A DNA stretch of 35,234 nt from Promethearchaeota archaeon (GTDB lineage: Archaea > Asgardarchaeota > Lokiarchaeia > Sigyniarchaeales > SOKP01). Of this stretch, positions 1 to 8,691 are shown piece after piece. Below the pieces are notes generated by a model. It was given only the letters and a program-made list of their open reading frames with translations, was not told the origin of the DNA and searched no databases. The stretch is from contig JBHLME010000037.1 in the NCBI GenBank assembly GCA_048938445.1, positions 1-35,234 on the forward strand, written 5' to 3'. How positions within the stretch are numbered: the stretch's first letter is position 1; each line of letters opens with the position of its first letter. The translations under genes and the position numbers were made by a program.

Positions 1-58
1 CTTGGCATCCGAGGCTTTCACCCTCGTGACCCGGGTTCGAATCCCGGCGGGAGCACCA
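1..58 (+). tRNA. tRNA-Glu(TTC), 5' end truncated by window edge
   Basis: Anticodon arm CGAGG-CT-TTC-AC-CCTCG, T arm CCGGG-TTCGAAT-CCCGG, 3' acceptor strand ending in encoded ACCA (55-58). Confidence 0.93.
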
Positions 59-81
59 ATAACCAGAGTACATAAAAATGT

Positions 82-242
82 GCCTCCGTAGCTCAGTTAG
101 GTAGAGCACCGCCAAGAATGGTGTGCCGAAAGCACCCGGCTAAGATAAGTATATCATACTCTATCTCCGGAAGTTAACCGGGCGGTCGCATGTTCGATTT
201 TCTCCTTGATTTCCAAGGAGAATGAAAACCATGCCGGGGGCG
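82..242 (+). tRNA. tRNA-Asn(GTT) with three introns (about 105-130, 142-172, 199-228)
   Basis: Acceptor GCCTCCG/CGGGGGC plus discriminator G. Removing three BHB-flanked inserts gives GCCTCCGTAGCTCAGTTAGGTAGAGCACCCGGCTGTTAACCGGGCGGTCGCATGTTCGATCCATGCCGGGGGCG, a typical archaeal tRNA-Asn. Confidence 0.9.
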
Positions 243-314
243 CTAATTCAATTATTACAGATAGCTCTAAAAAAATTATATTATTTAAAAATATTTTTAA
301 AAAAACAAGAACTT

Positions 315-845
315 CTAATTTTCTTCTTGATCAGCATAATAAATTAGCCATTTTGCCATAGCTTGAAAGGATTCATTAATATTAATATCTTCTTTTGAGG
401 AACAAAAAACACATTGATTACATTTAGCTTTGTCAGCATAATCGTTAGCAACATCATTATCCACTTCATGATCTGCTAAATCCCACTTCATTCCTAAGAG
501 AATAATTGGTATGAATCCCGCTTTTTGCCTAATAATCTTTAACCATTCTGGAACTTCCTTGAAAGTTTCATAGTCAGTAAGGTCAAAACAGATAAATGCA
601 CCGCTTGCACCCTTGCAATAATCAGGTAATAACTCCCGAAAACGTTTTTCACCAGCAAAATCCCATAATTGCATTTTAACAGACTCTCCTGTATCAAGAA
701 TTTCAGATTTCGTATGAAATCCTGCACCTATAGTCATTTTATAACCTTCTTCGAATTTTCCTGTACAATAGCGAGTAATCATTGCGGTTTTACCAACACC
801 TCCCGCTCCAGCAATGACAACTTTAAAAATCCATGAACTCTGCAT
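315..845 (-). CDS. Rab-like small GTPase (Ras superfamily, Asgard eukaryotic signature protein)
   Basis: G1 GAGGVGKT, G2 YKMTIG, G3 LWDFAGE, RFRELLPDYCKGA, G4 MKWD, G5 CSSK; 176 aa with no C-terminal prenylation motif. Confidence 0.9.
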   Translation of the reverse strand: MQSSWIFKVVIAGAGGVGKTAMITRYCTGKFEEGYKMTIGAGFHTKSEILDTGESVKMQLWDFAGEKRFRELLPDYCKGASGAFICFDLTDYETFKEVPEWLKIIRQKAGFIPIILLGMKWDLADHEVDNDVANDYADKAKCNQCVFCSSKEDININESFQAMAKWLIYYADQEEN

Positions 846-1037
846 TTTAAAATTTACTTCTAATTATATTTTTATTATAATGATAATAATTATTATATCT
901 TGGTTTGGAAATTTATATTTTTTTTTTTAAACAGTAATAAAATAAAAAAGATTTTTATAAGATTTTATTCTATTATTTTTTAGTACTTGAGTTTAAATAA
1001 TATTTGATCATAATAAGAAAGGTTGTGAATATAGCCT

Positions 1038-1361
1038 ATTAAAGACGACGACATTTGTCCATTATGTAGTTTTCCAAAAGAGCTTTGTATTTGTAATAGT
1101 CTAAGTGCAGATGAACAACAAATAATAATATCTAATGATCGAAGAAAATGGGGTCGTATTGTCACGGTCATTACATTTGAGGGTAATTTTGATGCAAATC
1201 TTAAAGAAATTTTAACTGAAGCAAAAAGAAAATGTGCTTCGGGCGGAACTGTGAGAGGGAATGAAGTTGAACTTCAAGGTGATCATAAGTTTAAAATTAA
1301 AAGATTTTTAGTTGATTTAGGCTTTCCCGAAGAAAACATTACAATTAAAGAGACAATCTAA
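1038..1361 (+). CDS. sui1: Translation initiation factor aIF1/SUI1 (not in ORF track; probable ATT start)
   Basis: Manual translation: IKDDDICPLCSFPKELCICNSLSADEQQIIISNDRRKWGRIVTVITFEG...KRKCASGGTVRGNEVELQGDHKFKIKRFLVDLGFPEENITIKETI*. Has the archaeal N-terminal Zn knuckle and the SUI1 ELQGDH motif. In-frame TAG at 1032-1034. Confidence 0.92.
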   Translation: MKDDDICPLCSFPKELCICNSLSADEQQIIISNDRRKWGRIVTVITFEGNFDANLKEILTEAKRKCASGGTVRGNEVELQGDHKFKIKRFLVDLGFPEENITIKETI

Positions 1362-1443
1362 AAATTAATCCATGTTTTTATATATAAAGGTTTTTTACTG
1401 ATAATTAAATATTTATTTATCCGGATCATTAAATCATAATTCT

Positions 1444-1887
1444 ATGAAAAACATAAATTATAAAGTATTTTTCAAGGGATGGAATAAAGAAGAGCCTTTA
1501 GATTTAGTTTTAACTTTTAAAAAAATTAACTTCAAAAAAAAAGTAAAAATCCCCTTTAGAATTATATCAGATCTCAAGAACTTGAGTGATAAGAATCCAA
1601 TTATCGTTGTTTTTCAAAATATTGAAGATGTATTAACGATAGGAGATTATCCAAACACAAATGATTATATAAATTATTATGTTATATTATATTCATCAAA
1701 ATTAGATGGAAAGAAGGAAGGACTTTTAATTGGAAGCGAAAAGAAAGAAAGCGACCTTGTAATATTAGGTCTATGGCCTTTTAACAGCTTTAAAGATGAT
1801 TTTTCAAAAGAACAAATTTTAGAAATATTCAACTGTTTGATTAATATGACAAATAATTATGAAAGTATTAGCTTGATTTCTTCATGA
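1444..1887 (+). CDS. Hypothetical protein
   Basis: 147-aa ORF that fills the space between neighbours; no motif recognised. Confidence 0.6.
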   Translation: MKNINYKVFFKGWNKEEPLDLVLTFKKINFKKKVKIPFRIISDLKNLSDKNPIIVVFQNIEDVLTIGDYPNTNDYINYYVILYSSKLDGKKEGLLIGSEKKESDLVILGLWPFNSFKDDFSKEQILEIFNCLINMTNNYESISLISS

Positions 1888-1914
1888 CATCTTTCAATAA
1901 GATATAAAGAGAAA

Positions 1915-3633
1915 TTAAATCCCTAGTTCTTTAATGGTTTTATTTAATTCTTCACTTACATTCACTTCTTGAAAATTATTAGCAATTAATTCATAAGAAG
2001 AATTAAAGTCGCTGTATTTTGATTTTCCTCGTATTATCAAATCTTTTCCTAAAAGCTCTGCAGATTTATTCTCCAAGAATTTATCAAAATCAGGAGTATC
2101 TTTTATCTTCAAGATTGTATTCGTATCATTTCCGATTAATTTCTCAGCAATTTCACCAATGAAAGTTGTTCTTATTGTAGCACTTTCGTCATCAATTATA
2201 AGATTAAGAATCATCCTGTGAGTTGTTGTTGTTTTTTCTTCACAAATACAATTACTAATTTTTTTAAAACAATTTTTACAGGCTTCATATAATGTAATAT
2301 TCTTAATTTCTTTAGCGATAAAGCCCTTAATTTCATAAGTACCCGTTGAATTAATTGAATTAATACTTGTATAATTACCTGAAATTTCATTCCTCGATTT
2401 ACCAACTCCATTTTCACTACTTTTTACATTATCTAATTTTAAATCAATTAATTCCAAGGAAGAATCATTTAAAAAAGAGATTTCATTTCTATTTGAAAAA
2501 TTACTATATCTTGTCATGACGTCTTTTAAAAAAATCCCCTTTCCTTTTTTTAAAATTTTTGAAAATTCTTCTGCCTTCTCACGCCATAAAGTCACTCGAA
2601 TATAGTCAGTTTCATCACTTACAACAAATCCTAATAAAGCTACTACTTCCTCGGTTTTAAGAGTGATGTTTTTTAAATTATCTATTGAGCTCACTATTCC
2701 CGTAAAAGAAACATAAGTATTTTTTTCTTTTTGTAATTGTTCTATTTTGTCAACAATTTCACTTTGAAATACATTATCTTTTTTACTCATATTAATAATT
2801 GTATTTCGACTTGCATACAAGTCAATTGATTTTTTATCAAGATTATTTAATCTTGGATTTAAACTAGAAATTGAAACGAAATCTCCCATCTTATAATTTT
2901 CTATTTTACTGGTATCTTCATTCCAGAAAGTAACTCTTATCGTACCAGTACTATCTGCTAAGACTAAAGAGCTTATCTCACCAGTCTCGCCATTACTTCT
3001 TGAGAACTGTTTTATCGGAAATTTTTGTATAATTTTTCCCTCTATCATGATCGATTTTTGATTTAAATTGATATCTTCAATTTTAGCTATCTCATCTTTT
3101 ATTTTTGGATATTTTTTATAATCTACATCTTCGGGAGCAAGTATTATCTTCCCTAATCTACCAATTTGAACTTCAATTGTATTATTCCTTCCCTCTTTTG
3201 CATAACCATTGATAATCTTAACCAATTCATTCTTATTAAAATTTTTTTCATTAAATATATTCACGTGCTCATCCCATAAGACAATTCGAATATCTCCAGT
3301 ATTATCATGTAATAAAAAAGATCCAACATATCCAATGTTCCCGTCATTTCTTTTAAAAGTGTTGATATTGTAAACGTCCTTGATTCTCCCAATTAACGTA
3401 ATGTTTTTCATTTTTGAAGTTATATCTGAAATATTTATGTCAATTTCACTTAATAATGACTTATTTTCCTCTTTGACATCAACACCTAGATCTTTTGCTA
3501 TGATAAATAAGGCACCCTCCTCAGAAATAAGTCCTTTTAGTTCATCCTTTTTTTTCTTTACTAAATCCTCAATTTCTTTTTTATTTAATCCCGTTTTTTC
3601 AATTATTTTGCTAATATATAATTCCGTTTTCAT
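1915..3633 (-). CDS. rpa1: Replication protein A large subunit (RPA1/RPA70-like, multi-OB-fold ssDNA-binding protein)
   Basis: N-terminal helical domain (GLISEEGALFIIAKDLGV), repeated OB motifs (D-x-TG-x-IR-x-xW), C-terminal OB fold with Zn finger CKNC..CIC; SD-like GGTGA upstream. Confidence 0.88.
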   Translation of the reverse strand: MKTELYISKIIEKTGLNKKEIEDLVKKKKDELKGLISEEGALFIIAKDLGVDVKEENKSLLSEIDINISDITSKMKNITLIGRIKDVYNINTFKRNDGNIGYVGSFLLHDNTGDIRIVLWDEHVNIFNEKNFNKNELVKIINGYAKEGRNNTIEVQIGRLGKIILAPEDVDYKKYPKIKDEIAKIEDINLNQKSIMIEGKIIQKFPIKQFSRSNGETGEISSLVLADSTGTIRVTFWNEDTSKIENYKMGDFVSISSLNPRLNNLDKKSIDLYASRNTIINMSKKDNVFQSEIVDKIEQLQKEKNTYVSFTGIVSSIDNLKNITLKTEEVVALLGFVVSDETDYIRVTLWREKAEEFSKILKKGKGIFLKDVMTRYSNFSNRNEISFLNDSSLELIDLKLDNVKSSENGVGKSRNEISGNYTSINSINSTGTYEIKGFIAKEIKNITLYEACKNCFKKISNCICEEKTTTTHRMILNLIIDDESATIRTTFIGEIAEKLIGNDTNTILKIKDTPDFDKFLENKSAELLGKDLIIRGKSKYSDFNSSYELIANNFQEVNVSEELNKTIKELGI

Positions 3634-3831
3634 AACAATTCACCATCGAAAACCTCATATTTGATTTGATCACAATACTTTAGATATAGTTACTTTAAAA
3701 ATTATATTAGTTATTAATTAATAATAATAGATCTATTTAAAAAAAAAGAGGCTCCTTTAATTTTAAGAATTATTAAATACTCTTAGAAATTATCCACGAT
3801 TTAACCAATTATCATACTTTTTCATGATATC

Positions 3832-4575
3832 ATGAATACTTTTAAGGTTATTCCTGTAGTTGATATTCTAAATTCCGAAGCAGTTCATGCAATAAAAGGG
3901 AAAAGGACAGAATATAGGCCGTTAAAATCAAATTTATTTAATACAACAAATCCCTATAATATAATTCAAGTACTTAAAGAAATATATTTCTTTAATGAAT
4001 TTTATCTTGCTGATCTTGATTCTATTTTGAGAAGGAAACCAAATATTGATTTATTATCACAAATATTAGAAACTTTAGATGTAAAAATAATGTTAGATCC
4101 TGGGATCATTGATGATAAAGATATTACACTTTTTTCTAATTTAAAATTTAATAATTTAATATTTGGATTAGAAACAATTAAAAATTTCCAAGTTATAGAG
4201 AATGCTTTACAAGTTTTTGATTCTAATTCAATTATTTTAAGTATTGATATGTATAAAGGAAAAATCCTCTCAAGAATGAAAGATCTAAGTAAACAACATC
4301 CCTTAGAGATTATGAAAAGGGTAGAAAACTTGGGTATTAAAAATTACATTCTTTTAGATTTATATAGAGTGGGTCAAAAAATTGGTAAAGTACCCCAATT
4401 GTATTTGGATATAAGGCAAAAATTTGATGGAAACTTCATTGTAGGTGGAGGAATTAAAGATCTTGGTGAGATCATATCATATAAAAATTATAACTTTTCA
4501 GGAGTTTTAATTGCAACAGCTTTATATGATGGTACTATCAAAATGGAAGAATTAAAAAGATTAAATATTCTATAG
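3832..4575 (+). CDS. HisA/HisF-related TIM-barrel protein (type associated with H4MPT/methanofuran C1 genes)
   Basis: IPVVDI...AVHAIKG.R.EYRP, YLADLDSI, LDLYRVG, VGGGIK, GVLIATALYDG; lies near mfnB. Confidence 0.8.
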   Translation: MNTFKVIPVVDILNSEAVHAIKGKRTEYRPLKSNLFNTTNPYNIIQVLKEIYFFNEFYLADLDSILRRKPNIDLLSQILETLDVKIMLDPGIIDDKDITLFSNLKFNNLIFGLETIKNFQVIENALQVFDSNSIILSIDMYKGKILSRMKDLSKQHPLEIMKRVENLGIKNYILLDLYRVGQKIGKVPQLYLDIRQKFDGNFIVGGGIKDLGEIISYKNYNFSGVLIATALYDGTIKMEELKRLNIL

Positions 4576-4578
4576 GAT

Positions 4579-5106
4579 TCACTCGTAATAAATCATTCCT
4601 GTACTCGAAACATTTAATGCTTTTTTACATACTGGACAAGAATGTTTCATTTTTATCCAGTCCACAAGATGATCTTTATGTGCTTTAGATTCACATATTG
4701 GACATCCCGCCCATTCATCAAAAATCTCGATGGGTTTACCACACACGGAACATTTAGCTTTAGATTCGGTAGAAATTTTTATCATTTCTTTTTTTAAATC
4801 AAATAACACGGTTTCCGTGTTTTCTGGCGAAGGATTAACCTGTTTTAGTTCAGACTTAGTATCAATACAGAAAATAGTTCCTTGACTATCATCTTTTTTA
4901 TTTCCAATCCAAACAATCTTTCCATTAAGATATCTAGTACCTTGTCGTTCTAATACTAATTCTAATTTACGATCTTCTAAAACATATGTCTGTATTACTT
5001 TTGTATAACTAATTGGATAATGTGATTCTATTTTTTTTATGAGTTCATTAGGATCTTTAAAAACATCTTCAGTTATATCTACTTTTGTAATTTCTTTAGG
5101 TGACAT
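4579..5106 (-). CDS. Hypothetical protein with C-terminal RING-like zinc finger
   Basis: C-x2-C-x13-C-x2-C-x4-H-x2-H-x3-W-x6-CPVC; the W..CPxC end is typical of RING domains. Confidence 0.7.
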   Translation of the reverse strand: MSPKEITKVDITEDVFKDPNELIKKIESHYPISYTKVIQTYVLEDRKLELVLERQGTRYLNGKIVWIGNKKDDSQGTIFCIDTKSELKQVNPSPENTETVLFDLKKEMIKISTESKAKCSVCGKPIEIFDEWAGCPICESKAHKDHLVDWIKMKHSCPVCKKALNVSSTGMIYYE

Positions 5107-5279
5107 TATATCATCATGCTTTTTTTCTAATACTAATAAAAACGATATAATTTAAATCTTTATAAAATGATTTTTAATAAATAAATACAAAATTAATCTC
5201 AATTTAATTATAATACGATATTATTACTCTATTTCATAATAGTTTTTTTATAATCATTATTTTATATTCATGAATAAAA

Positions 5280-6014
5280 ATGCTTGATAATAAAATTAGA
5301 CTTTTAGTAAGCCCTAGGAATATAGAAGAAGCCAAACTATTAGTAAATGCACCGCATGTGGATTATATAGATTGTAAAAATCCTCTAGAGGGGTCTCTCG
5401 GAGCAAATTTTCCCTGGATAATTAAAGGGATGAAAGCTTTAATTCCAAAAAATAGCCATCAATTTTTAAGTGCAACAATTGGAGATTTTCCTTATTTGCC
5501 AGGTTCCGCTTCTTTAGCTGCTTTAGGTGCTGCTTGTTCTGGTGCAGATATTATCAAAGTTGGATTGAAAGGACCAAGAAATGAGGAGCAAGGTATACAT
5601 TTAATGAAAAATGTAGTAAAATCCGTAAAAGAGTATAACAAAAAAATCCAAGTAGTTGCGGCAGGTTATGCTGATAATGTTCGAATGGGATCATCACCCG
5701 GATATCTTGAAATCCCTAAAATAGCAGCCAAATCAGGAGCAGATATCGCAATGCTTGATACATATATTAAAGATGGCAAGGGTTTATTTGATTTTTTAAA
5801 TGAGGAAGAATTAATGAGTTTTACAGATCAAGCACGAGAATTAAACATTAAAGTTGCTTTAGCCGGTAATTTGATGGAGCAAGATTTAGAAAAGATAAAG
5901 AAAATTAAACCAGATATAATTGGTGTCAGGAGTATAGTATGTGAAAATTATGACAGAACTAAATCAATAAAACTAAAATTGATTGAAAACTTACAGATTG
6001 AATTATTTGGATAA
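5280..6014 (+). CDS. mfnB: (5-formylfuran-3-yl)methyl phosphate synthase (methanofuran biosynthesis)
   Basis: LLVSPRNIEEA, IDCKNPLEGSLGANFPW, SATIGD, IKVGL, MLDTYIKDG, ALAG, PDIIGVRS motifs. Confidence 0.9.
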   Translation: MLDNKIRLLVSPRNIEEAKLLVNAPHVDYIDCKNPLEGSLGANFPWIIKGMKALIPKNSHQFLSATIGDFPYLPGSASLAALGAACSGADIIKVGLKGPRNEEQGIHLMKNVVKSVKEYNKKIQVVAAGYADNVRMGSSPGYLEIPKIAAKSGADIAMLDTYIKDGKGLFDFLNEEELMSFTDQARELNIKVALAGNLMEQDLEKIKKIKPDIIGVRSIVCENYDRTKSIKLKLIENLQIELFG

Positions 6015-6024
6015 GTAATAAAAC

Positions 6025-6549
6025 ATGGATATAAAAAACATTAATGGCTCTGAAATTGAGATTAAAATTGCTAAAAATGAAAGCATATATGATTTTAACT
6101 TATGTGCTAGTGACTTTATTGAATTTATTGATAATTTTGAAGAATTATTTTTAAATAAAAAATTGTTTATTCTCACTGCGTATTATCAAAAAACATTAGT
6201 TGGAATTGTGGTTGCAGAAGATAAAACCAAAAAAGTCGATTCTATTGAGAAAATCGTACCAATAATGATCTTGCATCTAATATATGTTAATCCAAATTAT
6301 AGAAATAGAAAAATTGGACAAAATTTATTAGTACATTTTATAACTATTCAAAAAAAGAATGGTATCGCTGCGATTCACTCTATTCTACCTCAAAAACATG
6401 TGATTGGTATAAATTTTCTTGAAAAAAATGATTTTTATCAAAAAGAAAGGAAAGGAAATAAAATTTTACTAGAATTAAAATTATGGAATGATTATGGCAT
6501 AGGAGATTGTCATATAATAGGCGATAATATAAATGATTTGTTAAGTTAG
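6025..6549 (+). CDS. GNAT family N-acetyltransferase
   Basis: Motif A IYVNPNYRNRKIG and motif B-like FLEKNDF. Confidence 0.75.
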   Translation: MDIKNINGSEIEIKIAKNESIYDFNLCASDFIEFIDNFEELFLNKKLFILTAYYQKTLVGIVVAEDKTKKVDSIEKIVPIMILHLIYVNPNYRNRKIGQNLLVHFITIQKKNGIAAIHSILPQKHVIGINFLEKNDFYQKERKGNKILLELKLWNDYGIGDCHIIGDNINDLLS

Positions 6550-6641
6550 AGGGAATCTCTTTTCTTATTATTAGATGAATCTCCACTTTCAAAAAATCAG
6601 AATAATAAAACTTATTTTAGAAAGAAGGATGTTATTATTTT

Positions 6642-7448
6642 ATGTCAACTAAACAAATTGGCTTGATTGGAATTGGTAACATGGGTACTGCTTTATTAAC
6701 TGGTGTTTTGAATTCAGAAATTGAGAAAAATGACAAAATAATCATTTATGATGTTAACCAAAAATTATTGGATGAGAAAGCAAAGGAATTTAACGTGGGT
6801 AAAGCTAAAAATAATGCTGAATTAGTTAAAGAATCCAAATATATTATACTAGCTATAAAACCACAAGTAATTGGAAGTGTATTGGAAGAAATTGCTCCTT
6901 TGATTAACGAAAATCATGTAGTTATATCTATTGCTGCAGGTGTTACCATAAAGAACATTCAAAAAATCATTGGAAAAAACGTGGGTATAACTAGGGTAAT
7001 GCCAAATACTCCTGCTTTAGTTGGTGAAGGCGCTTCTGTGATTGCTACTAATGGATTTATAAAAAATAACGATTTGGAATATGTTAAAAATATTTTTACC
7101 GCAGTAGGGATTGTTTTTGTCATGGATGAAAAATATATGGATGCAGTAACTGGATTGTCTGGAAGTGGTCCTGCATATATTTTTATTATCATTGAAGCTT
7201 TATCAGATGGAGGTGTAAAAATGGGTTTACCTCGTGATATCGCATTAAAACTTGCAGCTCAGACAGTATTAGGATCCGCTAAGATGTATTTAAAAACCGA
7301 AAAACATCCAGGAACATTGAAGGACATGGTGACTTCTCCTGGAGGCACTACAATTGCCGCACTCCATGAATTAGAGAAAGGAAAATTGAGATCAACTTTA
7401 ATAAGCGCTGTTGAAACTGCTACTCTAAAATCAAAATCACTAAATTAA
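6642..7448 (+). CDS. proC: Pyrroline-5-carboxylate reductase
   Basis: GIGNMG, LAIKPQ, SIAAG, RVMPNTP, TGLSGSGPAY, VTSPGGTT. Confidence 0.96.
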   Translation: MSTKQIGLIGIGNMGTALLTGVLNSEIEKNDKIIIYDVNQKLLDEKAKEFNVGKAKNNAELVKESKYIILAIKPQVIGSVLEEIAPLINENHVVISIAAGVTIKNIQKIIGKNVGITRVMPNTPALVGEGASVIATNGFIKNNDLEYVKNIFTAVGIVFVMDEKYMDAVTGLSGSGPAYIFIIIEALSDGGVKMGLPRDIALKLAAQTVLGSAKMYLKTEKHPGTLKDMVTSPGGTTIAALHELEKGKLRSTLISAVETATLKSKSLN

Positions 7449-7485
7449 ATAAAATAATAGTAATACTTTAATTAGGAGGAAAATA

Positions 7486-8193
7486 ATGGGAGAAAAGATT
7501 GTAATAAAAATTGGAGGTTCTCTGTTATTTAAAGATGATAATACAATTGATGTGGAAAAAATCACAGAAGTGTGTAAAGTACTCCAAAATAGAAAAAAAT
7601 TTGAATCAATTGTTATTATATGTGGAGGAGGTATAATTGCCAGAGATTACATTAATGTAGTCAGAGAATTTAGTGATAATGAAGCTTTATGCGATATAAT
7701 GGGAATTGAAGTATCAAGAATTAATTCAAAATTATTTATATCAAATTTAGGAGATGAAGCTTATCCTCAAGTTCCAAAAACTATAGAAGAGCTTTCTAAA
7801 GCAATGTTATTTAAAAAAATTATTATAATGGGAGGATTACAACCTGGGCAGTCTACAACATCTGTAGCAATTGAGGTTGCTGAATATATAAAAGCAAATA
7901 AAATCGTCATTCTTACGAATGTAGACGGTATTTATGATAAAGATCCTAAGAAATTCAAGGATGCGAAATTATTTAAAAACATTACTTATGACCAATTACA
8001 AGAATTAATTTTAAATTCTTCTGGAAATAATCAAGCTGCTGCTGGAGAATATAGAATTTTTGATACGGTTTCATTACAAATATTGAAACGATGTAATATT
8101 CCTCTTTTTTTAATGAATGGGAAGGATTTAACTGGATTTAAAAAGGTTTATGAGGGACAACAACACACAATTGGGACCCAGATTTCAAACTAG
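7486..8193 (+). CDS. pyrH: Archaeal UMP kinase
   Basis: KIGGS, GGGIIARDYI, GGLQPGQSTTSVA, TNVDGIYDKDP. Confidence 0.93.
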   Translation: MGEKIVIKIGGSLLFKDDNTIDVEKITEVCKVLQNRKKFESIVIICGGGIIARDYINVVREFSDNEALCDIMGIEVSRINSKLFISNLGDEAYPQVPKTIEELSKAMLFKKIIIMGGLQPGQSTTSVAIEVAEYIKANKIVILTNVDGIYDKDPKKFKDAKLFKNITYDQLQELILNSSGNNQAAAGEYRIFDTVSLQILKRCNIPLFLMNGKDLTGFKKVYEGQQHTIGTQISN

Positions 8194-8268
8194 TACGAGT
8201 CAATAAACTATTTTTATTATTACAGATTTAATATATCAAAATATAATCGAGTAAACTTGTAAAAAAAA

Positions 8269-8508
8269 ATGTCTCAATCTTCATGGAAAGATCAAATCAA
8301 ACAAAAATGGGGTCCTCACCTTCATTGTCCAATATGTGGAAAAGCAATGCCATCAGATAAAAAACTTTGCAGCCAAGCATGTAGAGATAATTATATAACT
8401 GCTGAAAAAAAACAAAAAAAGAAAGGTAGGTATCAAATGATTTTTCTCGTAGTAATGATGGTAGTAATGTTTATAGTCATGATATTTTTGCCAATGCTTG
8501 GTGGTTAA
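8269..8508 (+). CDS. DUF2116-type Zn-ribbon protein with C-terminal transmembrane helix
   Basis: PHLHCPICGKAMP..LCSQAC, basic stretch, hydrophobic C-terminal tail. Confidence 0.82.
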   Translation: MSQSSWKDQIKQKWGPHLHCPICGKAMPSDKKLCSQACRDNYITAEKKQKKKGRYQMIFLVVMMVVMFIVMIFLPMLGG

Positions 8509-8517
8509 GGAGGAAAA

Positions 8518-8669
8518 GCAGAGATAACCAAGCCAGGTCAAAGTACTAATGAACATATCAATGTTATGAATTAGTACGGCTATCGGTGTCGGACTCAAGA
8601 TCTTCTTTTTAAAAAAAATAAGACATCCGATCTCATAGGAGTACGGGGGTTCAAATCCCTCTCTCTGCA
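8518..8669 (+). tRNA. tRNA-Leu(CAA) with two introns (8542-8583 in D loop; 8600-8624 at 37/38)
   Basis: Acceptor GCAGAGA/TCTCTGC plus A; anticodon arm TCGGA-CT-CAA-GA-TCCGA after splicing; long variable arm CTCATAGGAG; T arm GGGGG-TTCAAAT-CCCTC. Confidence 0.9.
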
Positions 8670-8691
8670 TCTCTTATAAGATAAATCATCT

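Noticed and set aside
980-1171. 63-aa minus-strand ORF
   Set aside because: Antisense shadow of the sui1 gene.
8353-8670. 105-aa minus-strand ORF
   Set aside because: Antisense to tRNA-Leu and the DUF2116 gene.
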